From a virus (taxonomy: Duplodnaviria > Caudoviricetes): 37,458 bases of DNA. The DNA is taken from positions 1 to 37,458 of IMG/VR virus record IMGVR_UViG_3300040736_000103. One strand, written 5' to 3'. The notes beneath the pieces were generated by a model, which saw only the letters and a list, made by a program, of their open reading frames with translations, was not told where the DNA came from and made no database searches. The translations under genes and the position numbers were made by a program. Positions 35,001 through 37,458 of this stretch are shown here, piece by piece; position 1 is the first letter of the stretch, and each line of letters opens with the position of its first letter.

Positions 35001-35753
35001 ACTTTGTCATCTGCCGAAACATTTGACGCGCTGATACGTGATCCGAAGAAAAATTTACTAGCTCTTCAGTGTGGCGTGGAAATAACGTACGTTAAGTATC
35101 AAACAGCAATGCTGATTTCGGCGGGGATGTATCAGTTGTCCGGCCTAATTGTGGGACTCGAGAAAATACCGCGTGTAGGTGGTTCGGTCAGTACACTCGA
35201 TTTCGCCTTGTATGGGAGCACGAGTGTGACATTATATGCACATATCGGGCAATTCTACGCCTGTGGCCCCGACGATAAATTCAGGACTCTCTATTTCAAA
35301 CTCGCGTCAATCAATGCAGCCGGAGTCGAACAGGCTGTTTCCGACGTGTTCGGCATATCGGAATATGTGGATGACCTGGTGAATAAACCGCGACCACCGC
35401 AGAACATCACTGTAAACGGAGTTGGAATTACCACGGCAGGCACAGCCAGGATATCTGCCTCCGCAGATGTGGTGTTCACCTGGGTCAGCCAGAACAGGTT
35501 TGGCGCCGGTCGCAGCAACTTCACCAGGTCGGACGCCGTGACAGAGGATGTGGATTTCAGCACGTTCGTTATCGAGATATATTCCGGGACGACACTGAAG
35601 CGTACCTCGACATCGACTGCAAAGACCTGGACCTATGACACCACCATGCAGACAGCGGATTCATTTCTGACCGGCGCTATCACGGCAAAGCTTTACCAGC
35701 GCAACACGCTACAGGATAGCGTCGCGGCAACCATCACGGTGACACGAGTATGA
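32082..35753 (+). CDS. tail tip / central fibre protein with inserted Asp-box propeller
   Basis: QTSQYG..IPVLYGT...GN.LW N-terminus; NRITVEW...LKPGDVV C-terminal part; five S.D.G.TW/F boxes inside. Confidence 0.85.
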   Translation: MGNAGRIASMVVGAIVGIVVGVITRNPYAGFAVFSAIAGVGSALFPATSSTPPPAPGSLSVQTSQYGLTIPVLYGTRKLSGNCLWYDNFKSSAQYAEAGKGGGSSQVTGYTYSVSLAFGLCLIPEGATVSLQRMWYGKEELDLAKWLEQDKIRFYDGTQTEPDSHWSQFVDRPPVLKRFCYVVLPNFDLGNSSYLNQLRFEVGTAVYRQADLFVEEETIVNGEPTEPDGEIGKRVSVNTSNNEIVAAEMVWGTGEYGYSYIVTRKSTDFGETWGDPVPVVTDTDSEWLMNDIQYDGGYHWLAVYRFEDWIKLWKSTDGETWVLVNTIDIASIAEVVWPPYGPDMDDISLTVAGNYVAISGPGVPLAIWHSSDGGATFGRTDIGATYPAYPQYYWYPVVQARSDGTIICVCYLDLSATDWDSNFIILRSTDGGASFIKVHDFSHYLTSNYFDESFQVANDGDMWVVTSKWLSVDRCSILDDEDMKDGDAFAILVSKDNGVTWEALETPFKYVETTAEYTGYCQPSLSLSGGVVFYSMWYEIYKLPSYQTSGTYRKIWSYKDGRWNLLAYYRGETTYFLGTLGTMRGYVDPNGDTRVVLYDGKIANRDSAVWEANTAYTIIFTPDVYPTDVTEDILIDDFYGMGLDSGYLDAAAYAATTMHCAANDHKVSMLFNSQASVLDALQEVINHHQGYITYSDGKIAHKQFKQETPSVTLTNGIDLVQKDNELPVQISKAGARGYQNRITVEWTKRDKEYVVGTVQAEDIVDIDTYGLLDSSVNLSGLCTFARANKMAYLMLKKSLLAPLSISFRVGPKSLELKPGDVVALSDPQTELDAQAIRVMAVREGDDYIIEVDAQQEGILGDYTVVAGQDSTYDDVIINDDIEGTAEQPDMSADPGNVYQLRVHEVMSLYASTSALAFCYSPSGFENWAGAALYRSYDGSTYSRVGSSNTKGSSGYLYAIGADYIRVYLYNTGITLSSAETFDALIRDPKKNLLALQCGVEITYVKYQTAMLISAGMYQLSGLIVGLEKIPRVGGSVSTLDFALYGSTSVTLYAHIGQFYACGPDDKFRTLYFKLASINAAGVEQAVSDVFGISEYVDDLVNKPRPPQNITVNGVGITTAGTARISASADVVFTWVSQNRFGAGRSNFTRSDAVTEDVDFSTFVIEIYSGTTLKRTSTSTAKTWTYDTTMQTADSFLTGAITAKLYQRNTLQDSVAATITVTRV

Positions 35754-36040
35754 AACCATTGAATCAGTATTTAGAGGAACTGCTTGACAGCAAGGAAGAC
35801 GTGGAGGTCCCGCGCCGGTTCATCAGGCGGCTGGAACTCCTCGCCAAGAAAATACACGGCAAGGGTAAATGCGCGAGATCCGGCAACGAACTAAGACTCC
35901 GGAACGGAGTCACGATAAAAGGAGTAAGAAATGGCGTACACGGAAAATTGGAATCTGCCGGAAATGCCGACAGGAGCAGTGGACTGGCCGACGGTCATCA
36001 ATGCCCTGGTGGCCAAGCTGGAGGCGGGGCGGACAATTAA
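35750..36040 (+). CDS. hypothetical protein
   Basis: ATGA overlap with the tail tip stop; its last third overlaps the next ORF. Confidence 0.4.
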   Translation: MKPLNQYLEELLDSKEDVEVPRRFIRRLELLAKKIHGKGKCARSGNELRLRNGVTIKGVRNGVHGKLESAGNADRSSGLADGHQCPGGQAGGGADN

Positions 36041-36542
36041 GCTGATAGCGGCGGTCACGCTGGCAAAGGGTGATCCGGTCTACATCAACAGCAGCGGCAA
36101 GGCAGCGAAAGCGGACGGCAACATCAACCGGGCCATTGCCGTATGGCAATCCACCAGCACGGCGGCGGATGCCGAGGGCTATGCACAGGTAGACGGCACC
36201 ATGACCTTCGGTTCCTGGACTGCCGGGCAGTGGATCTACTGTTCAGCGGCCGGGGCGCTCACGGCAACAGCCAACGGCCCGAAGATAGGCATAGCGAAAT
36301 CATCTACAGTACTATGCCTGCTCATCCATGCGGGGCTGCCGCAAGAGGCGCATATTGCCGATGCCGTCACCGCCCACGCAATCACCGATCCTGCCGATTC
36401 CCCGGCCGACGCCGACGCTCTCCGGGAAGATTTGGTCAACAATGTCATCCCGTCGGTTGAAAGCGCCTTGAACGCCCTGGGCACGAAAATAAACAGCGTC
36501 CTTACGGTGATGGAAAGCCTGAAGTTGACCGCTACATCATAA
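35931..36542 (+). CDS. hypothetical virion protein
   Basis: AAAGGAG RBS; GDPVYI..GKA.KAD...WTAG..Y...GALT...IGIA pattern. Confidence 0.7.
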   Translation: MAYTENWNLPEMPTGAVDWPTVINALVAKLEAGRTIKLIAAVTLAKGDPVYINSSGKAAKADGNINRAIAVWQSTSTAADAEGYAQVDGTMTFGSWTAGQWIYCSAAGALTATANGPKIGIAKSSTVLCLLIHAGLPQEAHIADAVTAHAITDPADSPADADALREDLVNNVIPSVESALNALGTKINSVLTVMESLKLTATS

Positions 36543-36550
36543 TAGATGAA

Positions 36551-36653
36551 GGAAGCGGCCGGTCCATGTTGGCGCATGGCCCGGCCGCCCGACGCACAGA
36601 CCCAACCTGTGAGCCAGGCCGAAGGCTTCCCTGCCACGTACGAGGCATGGAAA
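36551..36653 (+). promoter_or_regulatory. structured leader upstream of the methyltransferase
   Basis: GCGGCCGG.CCATG-loop-CATGG.CCGGCCGC, CACAG/CTGTG and GGAAGC/GCTTCC stems. Confidence 0.55.
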
Positions 36654-36693
36654 GTCTATCAAAATCCGTTTGATATACAAGAGGGCTCACATT

Positions 36694-37458
36694 ATGACTT
36701 CCCAACCAATTATCCCATGGATAGGTGGCAAGCGCCGCCTTGCCAAGCACATCCTTCCGTTGTTTCCCGAGCATACCTGTTACGTCGAGCCGTTCGCAGG
36801 AGGAGCTGCGCTATTCTTTCTGAAACCACCATCGGAAGTGGAGGTGTTGAACGATTACAACAGCGATCTGGTCGCGTTGTATCGTGTCATCCAGCACCAT
36901 CTTGAGGAGTTCATCCGTCAGTTCAAGTGGGCGCTGGTTTCACGCCAGATGTACGGCTGGTTTAACAACACGTCACCAGATACATTAACGGACATCCAGC
37001 GCGCGGCGAGATTCTACTACCTGCAGAAGATGTCATTCGGCGGCAAAGTATCGGGCCGAACGTTCGGAGTCGCCCAGACCAATCCGCCTCGACTTAACCT
37101 GTTACGCATCGAAGATGATTTGAGCCAGGCGCACTTGCGTTTGGCGCGCTGCTACATAGAACATCTGGACTGGCATCGGTGCATAAAGAAATATGACCGA
37201 GCGTCGACGCTGTTTTTCTGTGATCCTCCGTACTGGAAGACAGAAGGCTACGGCATCGGATTCCCACTCGAACGATATCAGGAACTGGCAGAGGCTATGA
37301 GGAGCATAAAGGGTAAGGCGATACTGACCATAAATGACCATCCTGAGATGAAGGAGGCATTCACTGGGTTTCGAACGCAGACGGTAGAAATAAGCTACAC
37401 CGTCGGCGGAAGCGGGAAAGGTAAAAACAGGAAGGAAATGATAGTCATGAATTGGTGA
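36694..37458 (+). CDS. D12-class N6-adenine DNA methyltransferase
   Basis: PWIGGK, YVEPFAGG, EVLND, DPPY motifs; last gene, equivalent to the Mu mom slot. Confidence 0.92.
   Translation: MTSQPIIPWIGGKRRLAKHILPLFPEHTCYVEPFAGGAALFFLKPPSEVEVLNDYNSDLVALYRVIQHHLEEFIRQFKWALVSRQMYGWFNNTSPDTLTDIQRAARFYYLQKMSFGGKVSGRTFGVAQTNPPRLNLLRIEDDLSQAHLRLARCYIEHLDWHRCIKKYDRASTLFFCDPPYWKTEGYGIGFPLERYQELAEAMRSIKGKAILTINDHPEMKEAFTGFRTQTVEISYTVGGSGKGKNRKEMIVMNW

Larger units (their letters stand above)
1..37458 (+). mobile_element. Mu-like transposable phage/prophage with siphovirus-type tail (ends not seen in window)
   Basis: Repressor/Ner-like switch, DDE transposase plus AAA ATPase, GemA, Mor, then lysis-head-tail genes and a terminal DNA-modification gene: the gene order of transposable phages. 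Confidence 0.93.

Noticed and set aside
32082-36542. Mu-type invertible tail-fibre segment with Gin invertase
   Set aside because: No serine recombinase and no inverted fibre cassette seen.
36546-36905. Com-like regulator upstream of the methyltransferase
   Set aside because: No paired CxxC zinc finger; it overlaps the structured leader and the MTase.
25017-37458. Second DGR target (additional VR)
   Set aside because: By eye I found no other match to the TR in the tail genes or elsewhere; a short-word BLASTN would be needed to exclude one.

Overview
The window holds a nearly complete Mu-like (transposable) temperate phage or prophage of about 37.5 kb with a non-contractile siphovirus-type tail; its termini are not visible. 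Gene order: divergent repressor/Ner-like switch, early operon (DDE transposase, AAA transposition ATPase, GemA, Gam-like protein, small accessory ORFs, Mor-type activator), lysis genes, terminase, portal, head morphogenesis, fused protease-scaffold-capsid gene, head-tail genes, tail tube, frameshifting chaperone, tape measure, Dit, hub, NlpC/P60, tail tip, and a D12-class adenine methyltransferase in the 'mom' position. The main feature is a diversity-generating retroelement (DGR) inside the head-to-tail block: an Mtd-like target gene with VR 23283-23398, TR 23472-23587 (16 mismatches, all at TR adenines), a structured spacer and a reverse transcriptase. It has no avd gene; a 99-aa ORF overlaps the RT end instead. 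A second, unexplained pattern is eight dispersed 7-bp-period tandem arrays at gene junctions or as in-frame hairpin inserts, plus several structured intergenic elements. All product calls come from motif recognition and gene order, not database searches.
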